Part shown: positions 10,807 through 23,266 of the stretch, one piece after another
How the letters are laid out: every line of letters starts with the position of its first letter
Numbering within the stretch: position 1 is the stretch's first letter
NCBI GenBank assembly: GCA_020536535.1
Contig: JAHLWZ010000321.1
Coordinates: forward strand, 1-44,007
Direction of reading: 5' to 3'
From: Pelomyxa schiedti
Taxonomy: Eukaryota > Protista > Evosea
DNA: 44,007 bases
The notes under the pieces: model-generated
The model's input: only the letters and a program-made list of their open reading frames with translations
Told to the model about the DNA's origin: nothing
Databases searched by the model: none
Made by a program: the position numbers and the translations under genes

Positions 10807-12099
10807 ATGGGGCTCAGTTCGGGGCGTTGTTCCACTCTGAAGTGCGCGCCATCCATGTGCGCCCGCGGGCAGCTCGCAGCTCTGGCCACGTCGTCGCACG
10901 CACGGTGCGGGGCGCGCAGCCCTGCGCGGGCGCTGTGGCTCCCCGGCTCCCCGTTCTCCTCGCCCTCCCGCTCCTTCCTCCGCCGCTTCCTCGACCCTGC
11001 CTCCTTCGCCGTCTTTGTCGCGGCTGGGTGCGCCGACAGCGCGACTGTGGTCTCGGCCACGGTGTCCCGCGCGCTGCTCGGCGTCGCCGGCGGGGGCCCG
11101 CGCGTCCACCGCGTCTATGTCTCGGATCCTGGGACAAGAAACTGGCGGGTGCCGTGCTCCCCGACACACCTTCTGGAGTTCTACCCCACTGATGGCGAGT
11201 ACTGCATAGCACAACTGGGTGTGAAGGGCAAGGGGAGGCCAATTGGGTTCAAGGAGAGGATGTGTGGGGGCAGGGGCGGCGACGGCGTGTTGAGCTGGGT
11301 GTGTGTCAGCAGGTGGATGGACTGGGCCGTGGCTTATGAACCTGGGAAAGCGAGAACTGTGAGTATCGTGAGGTTGTGTGGTGATGGCGATGCCGGCGGG
11401 TCTGGTGGTGACTTGGATTCTGCATCAAGTGGGAGGGTGCAGGTGCCGCTCCCTGAAGGGTTCTCCTTTCTGGAATTGCTGTTCCCAAAGTGCTCCAGAA
11501 ATGAGCTTGTTCTGGTTGGAACTCGGCAGCAAGAAGAGTGTCAAGGAGTTCTCAACCTGATACTTTCTGTTGTAAACTTAGAGACGACGTTTCAAACAAA
11601 GAGCCTCACATTTGTGAGTTCAGCAGCAATCACTGACCCAAAATTGGTTCTCTCGCTTCCCACTTCTGAGGGGTTTCGAAGGCCACTGTTGTTGAGGAAA
11701 CGAGACGGCTCTGCTGCCTTTGTTTTTCCACTCCCAGAGGGATGTGACATCTTGCAAGTGGACGCCTCAACAAGTGAAGTCACACATGTTATCAGACACA
11801 CCGCAATGCCTAAAACTGGCAGGACTTACGTAACACAGCTGAACCAGGCTGCCTATTGGGTGGCGCAGGAATCAAGCTCGTTGTGTGAGCTTTGGGACTG
11901 CAACAACACAGAAAGGCCACTCAAAACAGTGAGTTTTCCAGAGTGCAGGCAAGTGCTGGCTGGCTCAGGGTTCCTGTTTGTTGTGAAAGGTGCCTGTATC
12001 CAAGTGTTAGACCCTGACTCTGGCCTCGTCGTCCTCACAATCACCTTCCCTCCAGAAGAAAGCCACTACGTATGGATTAATCTTGAGTCCATTCTCTAA
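10807..12099 (+). CDS. Lineage-specific family protein (paralog of 8240-9574), intronless
   Basis: ATG at 10807; ARGQLAALATSSHARCGARSPARALWLPGSPF, VSRWMDWAVAY, LLLRKRDGSAAFVFPLP, LCELWDCNNTERPLK. Confidence 0.8.
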   Translation: MGLSSGRCSTLKCAPSMCARGQLAALATSSHARCGARSPARALWLPGSPFSSPSRSFLRRFLDPASFAVFVAAGCADSATVVSATVSRALLGVAGGGPRVHRVYVSDPGTRNWRVPCSPTHLLEFYPTDGEYCIAQLGVKGKGRPIGFKERMCGGRGGDGVLSWVCVSRWMDWAVAYEPGKARTVSIVRLCGDGDAGGSGGDLDSASSGRVQVPLPEGFSFLELLFPKCSRNELVLVGTRQQEECQGVLNLILSVVNLETTFQTKSLTFVSSAAITDPKLVLSLPTSEGFRRPLLLRKRDGSAAFVFPLPEGCDILQVDASTSEVTHVIRHTAMPKTGRTYVTQLNQAAYWVAQESSSLCELWDCNNTERPLKTVSFPECRQVLAGSGFLFVVKGACIQVLDPDSGLVVLTITFPPEESHYVWINLESIL

Positions 12100-12151
12100 T
12101 GAGTCTCTCGTTATTCTCGACTTCCTCACCGCTTAAATTCTCATGACTTGA

Positions 12152-15121
12152 ATGAAGTTTGAAGTTCCACAAACCGTTTTTTCGGTTTTCGAACCAACAA
12201 AAACGTCAAGAAAAACAAGCGTGCGTGTTGGTTCCCTGTCAGTTAGAAGCAATGACCGAGCCAACAACCCCCACTCCATCACCATCAAGTTCATGAAGTG
12301 CTTCCGCCGAGGCGACATTATGGGAGTTGAGCAACTTGCCCGCGGGTCGTTCGAGCGGGACCGCATGATACTGCATCGAGCACTTGCGCACGGTAGACCC
12401 CGTAGGCGGGGATATCGCATAGGCTGCATGATGGGAATGACAGCAATCAGGCCCCCCTGGATCCCCTGCCTCAAAATTCTGCTCAATTTACCCGGTAAAA
12501 ACAACGGAGAGGGATAATTGTACCTGTAGAGAATATATATATATTGCTTTGAGTACAATAAATGATAAATGAATAAATTGTCAAAAACTCTGACATAAAC
12601 TTCACCTATGCTCTATGTGTTTATATTTACTACGCAAAGAGAGTTTCCGTTATTGTTTGAAATAATTCTAACAAGGGATTACTGATACATTTTCGTGTTT
12701 GTATGAGGGAAAATCCATAATTTCTCTTGCGGCATGCCAGTACCGTGAGAGGGAGGTATTTGTCGCCACATGCATCTACTGTTCTTACAACTTTCAGGTG
12801 GTTGATGTTATGAAATTGCTTTTCGATGCAGGGGCTGATCCAAATGGAGTTGAGGGTGAGGAAACTCAACCATTCATTTACTCCAAAGCTTACAGTGATG
12901 ACTTGACTAAAGTGTTTCTATCCCATCCGAAATTCAACTTGGAGAAGGTACCTTTTGTTCACATGGAGTAGGGTTAATCACGCTCACAGGTGGATCTCAC
13001 AAAGCTTTTTGTAGAGTCCTTATGGGGTACCCTGGGGGTAATATTTTCCACAACACCAATCGGCAAGACTTTTGAGCTCCTTGAACAAACACTGAAGCGA
13101 CTAGAAAATCCAGACCACAGGGAAAGTTTCAAAACGTCAGTTTTCAATTGGGCAACAAATTTTGGACCCGCAGCTAAATTTCTTCTGGACAACTCATTGT
13201 GCACCCCTGCCGAGTTATTCAGGCGCGGCCTATACTGCACCACCAATGTGGATACTATAACTATCGCATTGAATGCTGGTGCCGAAGTTATTAAGCCAGA
13301 AGACTTCAACTATTACGATTTGTTTCGGTAAGTTCGCAATTGCTCCCACAAGCTGATTTACTCCAAAACTAGGAGTCAAAACGAAAAGTTGATTTCTCTT
13401 CTCATTGATAAGGGATTCCCATTTCCGGACATGGGCGAAGTTGCATCGCGGGGCACAGAGGTCTGGAACCTGTTCAAATCCAGAGGTTTTGAGTACGACC
13501 CTGCCAAATCCAAGAACTATGACACACCCTACGTAACCCAAACAATGCTCGAGCGAGGTGATTTTGATGAAGCGATGAGGATCAAAGGTGAACACGAGTT
13601 CCCCATACCATGGTGTGAAATTATAAAGCGACGCTTTCCCCTGGAGAATTCCATTAACATGGCAGAAATGAAGCGCTATCTTGACGCGGCTCCCCCTGAC
13701 ACCGATTGGGGCAATTTGATAAGTCTCTACATGTACTACCGCACCACGGAACCCCTTAGGGCTTGCGTTGCACGGGCCAATCCATCTCAACTCACGCAGG
13801 AACTGATTCAGGACTTACTTCGAGGCGCACTTGTGGTCGAAAATCCTGTCCCGGTGCACCTCGAAAAAATAAGCTATGCCAAGAGCTTAGGAGCCACAAT
13901 TAACCCCGAAACTGTTACTGTGGGCATCGGTGCTGCATCTGGATATCGACCCCCAAGGGAGGTGATAGAACCTCTCATTGATGATCTATTTGGATCGCTG
14001 GCCATTGAACAAAAGGAAGAGGCAGCAAATAAGATCATAACTGCTGCTGTAGGACTGGATCTCTTGTGGGTGGTAGAGAAAGTTGCTAAACTCAATGCGG
14101 GAAGGCTTCCAGCTGGAATACTTTTGAATGCCACCTCCGACGAGATGTACAGATTACTTGTATCATTAGGTGCTGTTCTGAGTGCAGAGTACGGCGTTGA
14201 TTATTTCTCCTCGAAGTCTCGAGAGCTAGAAGCCGCTATTGGGAAACATATGCTTGAACACCCTCTGGAACAGCCCCCTCTACCTGAAGAAGGATCAGAA
14301 GAAGAGGAGTACGACTACTCTCTCGTACATGACATGGCTTCCGGACTCAGGCTTCCCATTCTGAAGGCCCTGCTTTCCCAAGGTTGGAACCCAAACAGGA
14401 AAGAACCCTACCACCAAGAAACACCATTCCGAGCTGTCCTTGCATGTGCCGTAAGTGATAACGACTGCCAGCTCCAACGCGAAGCGGCATTAGCACTAAT
14501 TGCCGCCGGTGCCCAAGTGACAGTGAGTATCTCCCACCAATCTTACCACATCTAAATTCCCCCACCACCCCCAAGCACAACCCTCGCAATTCTCAACTCC
14601 CCGCGGCTTCCGTTTCCCATTTCGCCTCACTATTCACACAGGTAGATGACCTCATAGTCCTATTCCTGGACCGGAAGCTCGACGACCACAACGCACAAGG
14701 GTCGGCCCCCGATTCCATCTACTTCGCGTTCACGAAATTCGCCCAGCACCGCATAGACACCCTTGCCGCGGTGGCTTCCGCCGTTCCCCCGGCTCTGCTG
14801 CTGTCGCCGGCTTCGGCGGAATCCCCCACGGCCAAGCGGTGCCCCAGCCTGCTGTGGGCCGCGTGCCTGTATCGCAGCCCACTCGTCATCAGGGCCGTGG
14901 CTTCCTTGCTGGCTTCGGCATCGCCTTCTCCTACTACATCGAAATCCGCACATACAACAACCACTGCAGCAACAACTACAACAGAAGCAACAGAGGACCA
15001 GGCGAACGGCTTGGGGACACTCGTGGGACAAAGGAGGGAGAAGGATGGACTGACGGTGATGGAGCTACTCGCGAAGAAAGGGTGCTTTGAATGCCTCAGT
15101 GCCCTCAACTCCCTGCTCTGA
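12152..15121 (+). CDS. Ankyrin-repeat-like protein (multi-exon)
   Basis: VMKLLFDAGADPNG, LKALLSQGWNPNRKEPYHQETP, ALALIAAGAQV; ORF pieces join through short GT-AG introns to a stop at 15121; start approximate. Confidence 0.7.
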
Positions 15122-15258
15122 CTTCCCCTCTCCATAAATTCTAAATAGAAAAACTACATAGGAATTTCCTTGCTCATTTTGTTGTTGTTAGTATTACTAT
15201 TGTAGCCAGTTGGGTGGGTGTTGGGTTTGTATGTACAGGTCTTGTTGTTGTAGTTATC

Positions 15259-16283
15259 CTACACGTCATAGGTCTTGACAACCAGTGTGATTTCTTTGCG
15301 GCAAAGGGCACAGGTATGTAGTCTCTGCGAACATTCTACACAGCACAGGCGGTGGCCACAAGGCACGAACACTGTGTCCAGTTTGTTAACCATGCATATC
15401 TTGCATAGTCCCTGTAAGTCGGATGTTGGAGTTGGTTCCTTGGACGCTGTTGAAGGCGGGCCTGAGGAACCCGGCTCCGCATCAGTTGCCTCACTAGTTA
15501 CTGAGCCTTCCGCGTTTTCTTTCTCATTCTCACCTATCAAAGGGTTGAGTGTTGAAGTGGGTATTTGGCGTTACTTATACCTCCTTTTTTTGTACTCTCT
15601 AATTCTTGGCTGTTGTCGGGTATTTCAGGAACTAAGAGTGGCGGTTCTGGGCTGTGGGATGCAGTGTAGTACCCGCTGTAGGTCAACAATCTCTCAGTTT
15701 CGTGGGTTCGGTGTTGTACCATACGCCGACGAACAAAATATACAACGATAAACCACACGGCAACGAAACATATGGTAGTCAGAAGTATCTGCAAATCATT
15801 AGTGGCAGGCAGTATGAATGAGCACGACCGAAAATAACAGGATGAGCTCGGTGTTCCATGTGGAATCGTCACAGTCGCACCCGTAATGCTGGCAGTATGT
15901 GTAATAAGTTTGCCAACAATCAGCAGATTTGTTCGAGCACTCGGCATTTTTAAGGCAGTCGCCATACGAGTTCACACAAAGGCAACCAAGGTAGAGTGCT
16001 GGAAGCAGTGGTTTCATTGGTGATGCTAAAGTCACCCCTACCAAGAACAAAGGAAGAGCGGAGACACACAGGAAATGCAGTCGTCATACTGAGCCAGGCA
16101 AAGGTTCACTGCATCCTCGGAACAGTCGTAGGTACCTCTAAGGTTATTATTCGTTGCGCGTTGCGCGGCGGCGATAGACTTCGCGCCGCTGTCGCCATCG
16201 CGGTTGTAGTACGGTGAACCCGCAACCACCTGCAATAGCACCGACAATGACACTAATATGCACAAACAACTATGCAGTCGCAT
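15259..16283 (-). CDS. Type I membrane protein: signal peptide, Cys-rich ectodomain, TM helix, C-terminal IAP/MGRN-type C3HC4 RING
   Basis: MRLHSCLCILVSLSVLLQVVAG; about 10 Cys in the ectodomain; ILLTTICFVAVWFIVVYFVRRR; LCKICMVNKLDTVFVPCGHRLCCVECSQRLHTCALCRKEI; short introns, first about 32 nt. Confidence 0.85.
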
Positions 16284-16470
16284 CTCCTCTTCGCTGCTCT
16301 GCTTATTAATTCCCGCACCTTCGCTCTTTCGCCTGTTTTTTGCGAAAAAAAACCACACTGTTTTGACAGGTTACAGGAGGAGTTCAGGCAAAGCATGTAG
16401 TTATTATTGTATTGTTACACCAAAAATTATTCGTTGAGTTGGAATCGCCTCCTCACTCAGTCCTGGAGGG

Positions 16471-19400
16471 TCAAGCCAGTCCGTGGTTGGCCCGGGACGC
16501 GAGGACACGCTGGTGGCTGCTTATGGTGGTGGTTGCTTTGGCTTTTGTTGATGGGTGCAGGGTGGGTGTTATGGTTAATGTTGTGGGTGGTGCTGGTGAC
16601 AGTAGCGTGAATTTGCGGGCGACCGCGGCGCTGAGCGTAGTCCTGGCGTAGTGCGTGGGTGGGGCCGGTGACCCCGGCGCCGTTGTGGTTGTTGTTGTTG
16701 TTGTTGGCGGTGATGATGATGACGGCGGTTCTGTTGGTGTTGCTGATGTGGAAGCCGGTGTGGGTGATTGGGATGGCGTGGCGGTAGTGGTGGCGGTGGG
16801 TTTGGAGTATGTGCTGGCTGTGAGGATTATGGTGGTGGAGAGTTGCTGCAGCTTGAGTGTGACGTCCGAGAGCCGGCCGTGGTCGTAGTGGGTGGGAGGC
16901 GTTATCGAGACCATTTCCTGTTGGCGGTTGGGTATTAGGAGGGAGGTGTGGGAGAGGGAGGGGGTTATAGGGAACCTGGCAGTCGGTTCGGTATTGGGCA
17001 AGACGGTGAACCGGCTGTAGTAGCTGCTGTTTTAATTTTTCGGGGGAAACACCCTGAAGGAGTGAGATGAAGAGAAAAGTGCTTGAGATGTACTTACTGG
17101 ACAGGAAGAAATCAATTCACTGAGGATATGCATTTTTTCACTGAATTTGGTGACATAGGTCATGTAGTGCTCTTGAAATATGGGAAGCTGTAACAGAACA
17201 TTTAAGTTCAATTCATTTGCTATTGAGACTACATATTCGGTGAATATATCACAGAGTGTTGTCTTGATTTCCCATTCAGATTCACGGCGAGTCAAAAGGG
17301 TGTGAATACTAGATAAATGTCATTTTGCCGGAATGTTAATATGCATGACATACTCTTCATGTAATTGGAGAATTCTTGTTGCATCTGTGTAAAGCTGCTC
17401 TAAAGGCTTAAGCTGGTTCTGAAGTACAGTGATACTGTCACTCAATAGCAACTTCTCTGTTACAATACGCAGACCCTGCAATAAGTTTAAATCTTGGAAA
17501 GTGCACGTAAATGAGTACAACATCGTGGAGCTCATGTAGTGCCACAAGGTACTCTGTTTCTGCCTGCGCTATTTTTTTCATCACTGCTTTTCTCTGTAAC
17601 TCTATTTGAGCGTATTCCTCGCGCTTCCTTTGCAGTAGTGTCTTATCCTGAAAAGATATGAGAACTATTTTATACTTTGTATGTTACCTGTTTTTTTTCC
17701 GATTCATGAAGTTCATCTTCGATTGCACTTGCAATTAGCTTCCTCAGATCGCATATCCAGGCATCCCGGTCACTAGGGGTTGAAGTTGCTACCACAAGCC
17801 TTCCAGCAGGGCAAACAAGGGTAAAGGAACAAGTGCTTGCCCCAGAGCCAACATCTAATGCGCACCTAAAGAGTTCAACTGCACGCACAAACTGAAAGGT
17901 GACACCGCTTCCCGAAGAAAAGCCTGCTGCGAGAGAGGCTGGAGTCGGTGGGAGATGAGTTGAAAACATGGTGCTTGAGACAAGATCATCTCCTGGTTTC
18001 GACTCTTCAGAGGAGGAAGTTGTAGTAGCACTTGATTTGGAGGATCGTTTAGGGGCGAGAAGAGGTGGTGATGGAAACACCCCAGCACCAATGCCTGTCC
18101 CAGAAAGAGTAATACGTGATTTTGTTACAGAGATACTTAATGAGGGTTGCTGAGGGCCTTTAGTGCTAGACAAGAAAGATTTCTTTGTCTTGGGAGTGGT
18201 GATGATGAGGGTATGATCGAACAAGAACATGTGTTGGTTTTTGTTGTTGACCTGAACCGGGCCATATCTAAACAGGGTTTGTGCCACCTCAGGTACAGCT
18301 CCTGAAGTCAGGGTTGGTGAAGAAGATTCCGCTATTGCATGAGTGAGTGCTGGCCCGGAATACTTCCCGATGAAGTGTGCCACCCGGGTAGTTGTGGTAC
18401 GATCCGCAATAATTAAAGACCGCATTAAAAGAGTACTAGTTGGCATGTAATCTGGGTGTTCTTTTGGTGTTCGATGCAAAAGTAGGGAGATCAGGTCACA
18501 AACTAGGTAATACGTAAACTTGAAATTTCTGACAGTGGAACCATACATTTATAAAGATGGGTTATCGGCTCTTGAAAGAAGTTTTCTTGAACAGGCCCAT
18601 CGGTCTATGTGCATTAGAGTGGAACTAAAATTTGAAAGGTTACCAGCCTAGGGTCGGTGTTGACATCCATAGTTAAAACAAAACTTCTTGTAACGTAAAG
18701 GCTATACAGAGCTGGCCACGATTCCGTCTAAAAACAAGTCTGAGAAAGGATGGGAGTGCAAGGTTATAAAAACCTTGTTTAGGAGATATTCTCCAATCAT
18801 TGCATCGCTGACATGTTGTGATATGTCATTTATAAATCTGCTGGATGTTACTCATTGTAAATAATGAAGGGAAAATTTACTCCTCATGGACCGCAGCAAT
18901 TTTCTCTATGTCCTTGAGGACCTGCTTCTTGTCATTTCTAACTCCTTCATTAGTGGCTGAACTAATTCCCTTGGTTTCTTCAGACAAAAGGACTTTCAGT
19001 AGTTGCTTTAACGGAATCAGAGAGAACAATGTATAAAGTAAAGTACAGTCAAACCCTCTCGAAGAACAGCGATATAACGCCGCTCCACAGATATAATTTC
19101 TTCGGTCACGGCCATCCTCTTTGTTTCGTCAACTTTTACTTGAATCGGGGTAGGAGTGAGGTTCGCGTCAAGTTTTTCCTTTGAGAACAAGTCCCCCAAA
19201 GTACTGTCAATAGCTCGTACTGCGTCGAATATCTCTCCAACACTAGCACTCTCCCTGATGTCCGATGCGGAGTGCGTGGCCCGAGTACCTTCCTCCCCAA
19301 AGTTGGCCATACTAAGTAGTTCCTTCTCCCACTCAAATTCCGTCTCTCCAGAATCACGAGTACTTCCAGGCGTTTCAGAATTTGAAGAAGGAGTGGCAGT

Positions 19401-19811
19401 CAAAGCAATTCCGCGGGAATCATCGCGATCAATTCCTCCGCGAGTCAAAGGAGTAACAGAAACGGAAGGAGCACTAGTAGCATGTGCCGACGTCGTAGTT
19501 GGAGCGGACGACATCCCGCGTGTGGTGCAGAACCTCGGGCCAGCCCCTGACGGTCGCGCAGGCAAAGTCACTTTGTACGATTGCCACGCCGACGCGTTCG
19601 TCGTCGTCAACGGGGGCGGCGCCGCGGTGAGGTCGCTTCCTACGTCGCGCGTGGGCGACGGCCGTCGGTCGTTTTTGGTAGGAGTGGTCGCGGGTGCCTG
19701 TTGACATGACGGATCGGCCGAGATCTCGTCGGCCCTATTAACGCGGGATCTAACACCGGGCGTATGTTGTTGTCGTACCAACATGCTGTTATCGGGCGTT
19801 ACACAATACAT
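16471..19811 (-). CDS. RhoGEF with DH-PH-DH arrangement (multi-exon)
   Basis: DH1: RMAVTEEIISVERRYI...LLLHRTPKEHPDY. PH: LFRYGPV..HMFLFDHTLIIT..STPSDRDAWICDL. DH2: RKAVMKKIAQAETEYL...LLQPVHRLAQY..EMVSITPPTHYDHGRL. P/T-rich tail. Confidence 0.8.
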
Positions 19812-20370
19812 GCACCACTGGTTCCTGAAATTAACGTTTTTGATATTTTATTAGTGGGTTATTCCAACTACGAAAATCCCATCACTGCCCTTCCATGAAG
19901 TGCACTTACGGGAAACCAAAACAAGGAAGTAACCAACCAGAATAACCCCTGGAGCTTCCCCTGAGCTGTGCGCACCTCCAGTTCTCAAAGGCAAATCCCC
20001 AGCAAACAAAAAATGGAGGTTGCATCACCAAGTGGGTGTGTACCATCTGAGCGCCCACCAAGTCATTTGCGTACACGGTAGGTCTGAATATCAGGTACCC
20101 CTGAGCAGAGTTGCTCTCTGGAGCAATCTGGAAACAACGACGCTGAGCGTGGTGTCGATGTTTCTGCGAAGCCCCATGGAACCACCTGGCACTCATCTCA
20201 GATGCCTTGCCCATCGCGCTCCGCGGCGCCTCATTGTGGGAAGGTTCATTCAAAGAGGAAATCTGCGAAATCTCGTATCATCAACCGAAACAACAGAAAA
20301 CAACAAAAAAAACACAGACGCCAACAGCCCGGCACGGTCGCATCTCGACGATAAAAACCAGATCCAAGGA

Positions 20371-20940
20371 ATGGGCTGTGGTGGATCTAAAGACGACGGC
20401 GCGGCCGCAGCACCTGCCCCCGCTGCGGTATACTATTGTTATATTATTTTATTTCCTCACCTGCGTTTCTTTGTTTTCTTCCTTTTTTTTTTTTTTTTGG
20501 CGATACAAAACGCTATTAAACGATACGAACTAATTTTACAATTCTCTTTTTTTTATGCAGAAACCAGGGGGCTATGTAAAGTACCAACCATCGGCGGAGG
20601 AAATGGCTAAACGCCAAAGAGAAGAAGAGGAAGAAAAAAGATGGATGGCCGAGGCAAAGAAGACAGGTAATACAATCCAATCCTATACAATCCAATCCAG
20701 TCATCCTACACCAAACTATATGTAATACATACACACCCAAATAAGCAATCATCCACACTAACCGAAACAACACCTTAAGGACCACCGGAACCACCTGTTG
20801 CCGTTTTGCCAGAAGGAGCCTCGCAAGAGCAATACAAAGAGTATATGAAAGTCAGATACGAACACGAATGCTGGGAGAACACAATTCTTCTGCAATCCAG
20901 AAAACTCAAAGCCGCTGCTGCCGCTTCAGGGGGTTCATGA
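20371..20940 (+). CDS. Small (~90 aa) N-myristoylated/palmitoylated protein, 4 exons
   Basis: Exons 20371-20427, 20561-20666, 20780-20840, 20901-20940 give MGCGGSKDDGAAAAPAPAAKPGGYVKYQPSAEEMAKRQREEEEEKRWMAEAKKTGPPEPPVAVLPEGASQEQYKEKLKAAAAASGGS*; all introns GT-AG. Confidence 0.7.
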
Positions 20941-21184
20941 TGAACTCCTCATCTTTCATGTGCCAATGTGTGCTGTATGACGGTACTGCATGTAAACAGC
21001 AACGCCATCACAGAACACAGTCACAACATCAACCCCACCCAATTTGTCATGATAAGTAAATACCGCATAAATAAGCCACAAAGTTTGCTTGTTTTATTTC
21101 TTTCCTTTGTAAATGAGAGAGTTCTATGGCTGAGTGCGTTGTATTCCAAAAAGAAAAATTTAGCAATTAGAAGGCTGTACCCTC

Positions 21185-23019
21185 CTAGGCTGAAGTACCA
21201 AGGAGTTCCTGGAATCCTTATGTTGTGTGTAAGATTAGTTGTTCAGGATAAATGTGGTGAACCTTTCTTTTGTGCCTCAGTGAGTGTTGTGGGGAACCGG
21301 ACAGTGATGTCAACCATTAAATCACCCTTGTCTTCTGAGGAATAGTACCCTTTCCGGGGCATCCCTTCATCTTCAATCTCAATTACTGATCCTATGGTGG
21401 CACTTAGTTGGGAACCTTTAGGAAGGTTTCTAACCTGGCTTGGTGACGGTGTCTCGTTTGACGGTTACCTTGTGACCATCAAGGTGCTTTATTTCTTTGG
21501 AGAAGCCAACCAGTGACTGAGGAAAGGTAAGAAACTGCTGGGTGGTAGGGAAATGCTTGCCTCAAGGAGTGAGATAGTCATTGAGTACCGCAGGTTGTCG
21601 CCTTCTCTAGTAAATTTGTTGTGATCCAAAGTTTTCACAATGAACCTGTGGTCGCATATAAATAAACATAGAAGAAGAAGCTGCTCAGTACTTAACATCC
21701 CCAGGTAAGGTATCAGGTTTTTCATCACCAGCATCTTCAAAAAGGATTGTGTCACCATCCTTCATTCCCTTTTCCACTACCACGGTCATTGGAGTTTCGT
21801 CCGTTTCCACTTTAGTGCCATGACAGTGAGGACAAGTACCCCCTGTGTGCACCTTGCCTTTTCCTCCACATTGGTCGCATCTAAGTTTTATGTTGGATCA
21901 CTAGTAATATTAAAGCTACACACGTAGTCTGACTCTGCTGAATGAATCCAGGAGCAAGCTGGATGACCTGCTTTCGTACTCCTGTACCTCCACAGGCAGT
22001 ACACTTGTGTACGGAATAGGGATCCGCCGCACCAGTGCCCTCGCATTGGTGGCATAGGACCTGTTTTCGGTGTACAATCTATAGACATTAGACAGAGGAA
22101 GTGGGTGTTGGGAACAAACCCGGAAAGTTCTTCCTTCATACAAGTCTTGCAGTGTAACTTCCAGCTCAATTTCTTGAGTTGGCATTTTCTGCTCTTGTTG
22201 TTGCACTAAACAAAGTTAATATATTAGAGGGAGTAAAAAGATGCCTCACTAGATCCGCCATCGAAATTGAAGTTAAAACTAAAGGTGCATTGAGTTCCCA
22301 GTAATGAGATGAGGAATTCAGATATACCCAGAGAAAATATCAAAAGGATTTTGGAATTGGTGACCAGAGAGCCCTTCTTCTCCGTATTGGTCGTACAATC
22401 GTCTTTGGTCAGGGTCCGAGAGAATTTCATACGCTATATATTATATTGATCCTTTGGCTAAAAAAAAAAGTCAGGTTGCTGTTACCATTAGAAATCTCTT
22501 GGAACTTTTCAGGGTCCCCTCCCTTGTCAGGATGGTGCCTAAAACATAACCATTAAAAATTGACATGCCATCCGCGCACTTGTCAAAGTGTCAACTCAAA
22601 GCACACATAAATAGAAAGAAGAAGAAGAACGGGAAAAAAGCAAAAACCCCGCCCCATCAGTCGCACCAGACACACACACGTACGTTGGAACGAGTTGCCG
22701 ATACGCCTTTTTGATCTCAGCCTCTGTGGCGTCGGGCTTCACTCCCAGCACGTCATAATACTTTGTCCTGCTCCCCCCGCCGCCGCCGCTCGGCTGCGGG
22801 CCCCCCCCTCCTGCCGCCCCCGCCTCCCGCTCCGGCCCCGCCGGGGCCACCCGACGTGAAGAACGTGCGGGCCGACGCCGCGGGACCAACCAGCGACATG
22901 AACACCACCACGAACAGCACGGCCGACAGCACCACCAGCGCCACGTACCGGCGCGAACACCCCGCCCCCGCCGCGTCCCCGTGCCGCCGCGCCCCGCTCG
23001 ACGTCGTCGTTGGCCGCAT
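21185..23019 (-). CDS. Type I DnaJ/Hsp40 with N-terminal signal/TM segment (Scj1/ERdj3-like)
   Basis: YVALVVLSAVLFVVVFMSLV; KYYDVLGVKPDATEAEIKKAYRQL; HHPDKGGDPEKF; zinc-finger repeats CHQCEGTG, CTACGGTG, CDQCGGKG, CPHCHG; GDLMVDITVRFP. Apparent frameshift in the C-run near 22800. Confidence 0.88.
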
Positions 23020-23266
23020 CTCGATGATGTTGTTCCCCCTGCTGCTGGTGTTTTTTTCCTGCTTCATCGAAAAAATATGCCTCAATCAATTCTGAAAACT
23101 ACAGCAAAAGTTAAAGGCTGCCACGTGGTGGGGGCTATGTCCCTCTGCGAATCTTCTTAAGAACATCTTCGTTGTGCTGCACGCGAAGTTAAAAAAAAAC
23201 CTTAAACGGTGATATCTCTGAAACTAGTTGCATTATTTTTCGGCTGCACATTTTGAAATGATAATG

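Noticed and set aside
8249-11242. Antisense ORFs over the family genes (and similar shadows over the TBC, SAPS and RhoGEF low-complexity exons)
   Set aside because: Shadow frames of GC-rich or repetitive coding sequence.
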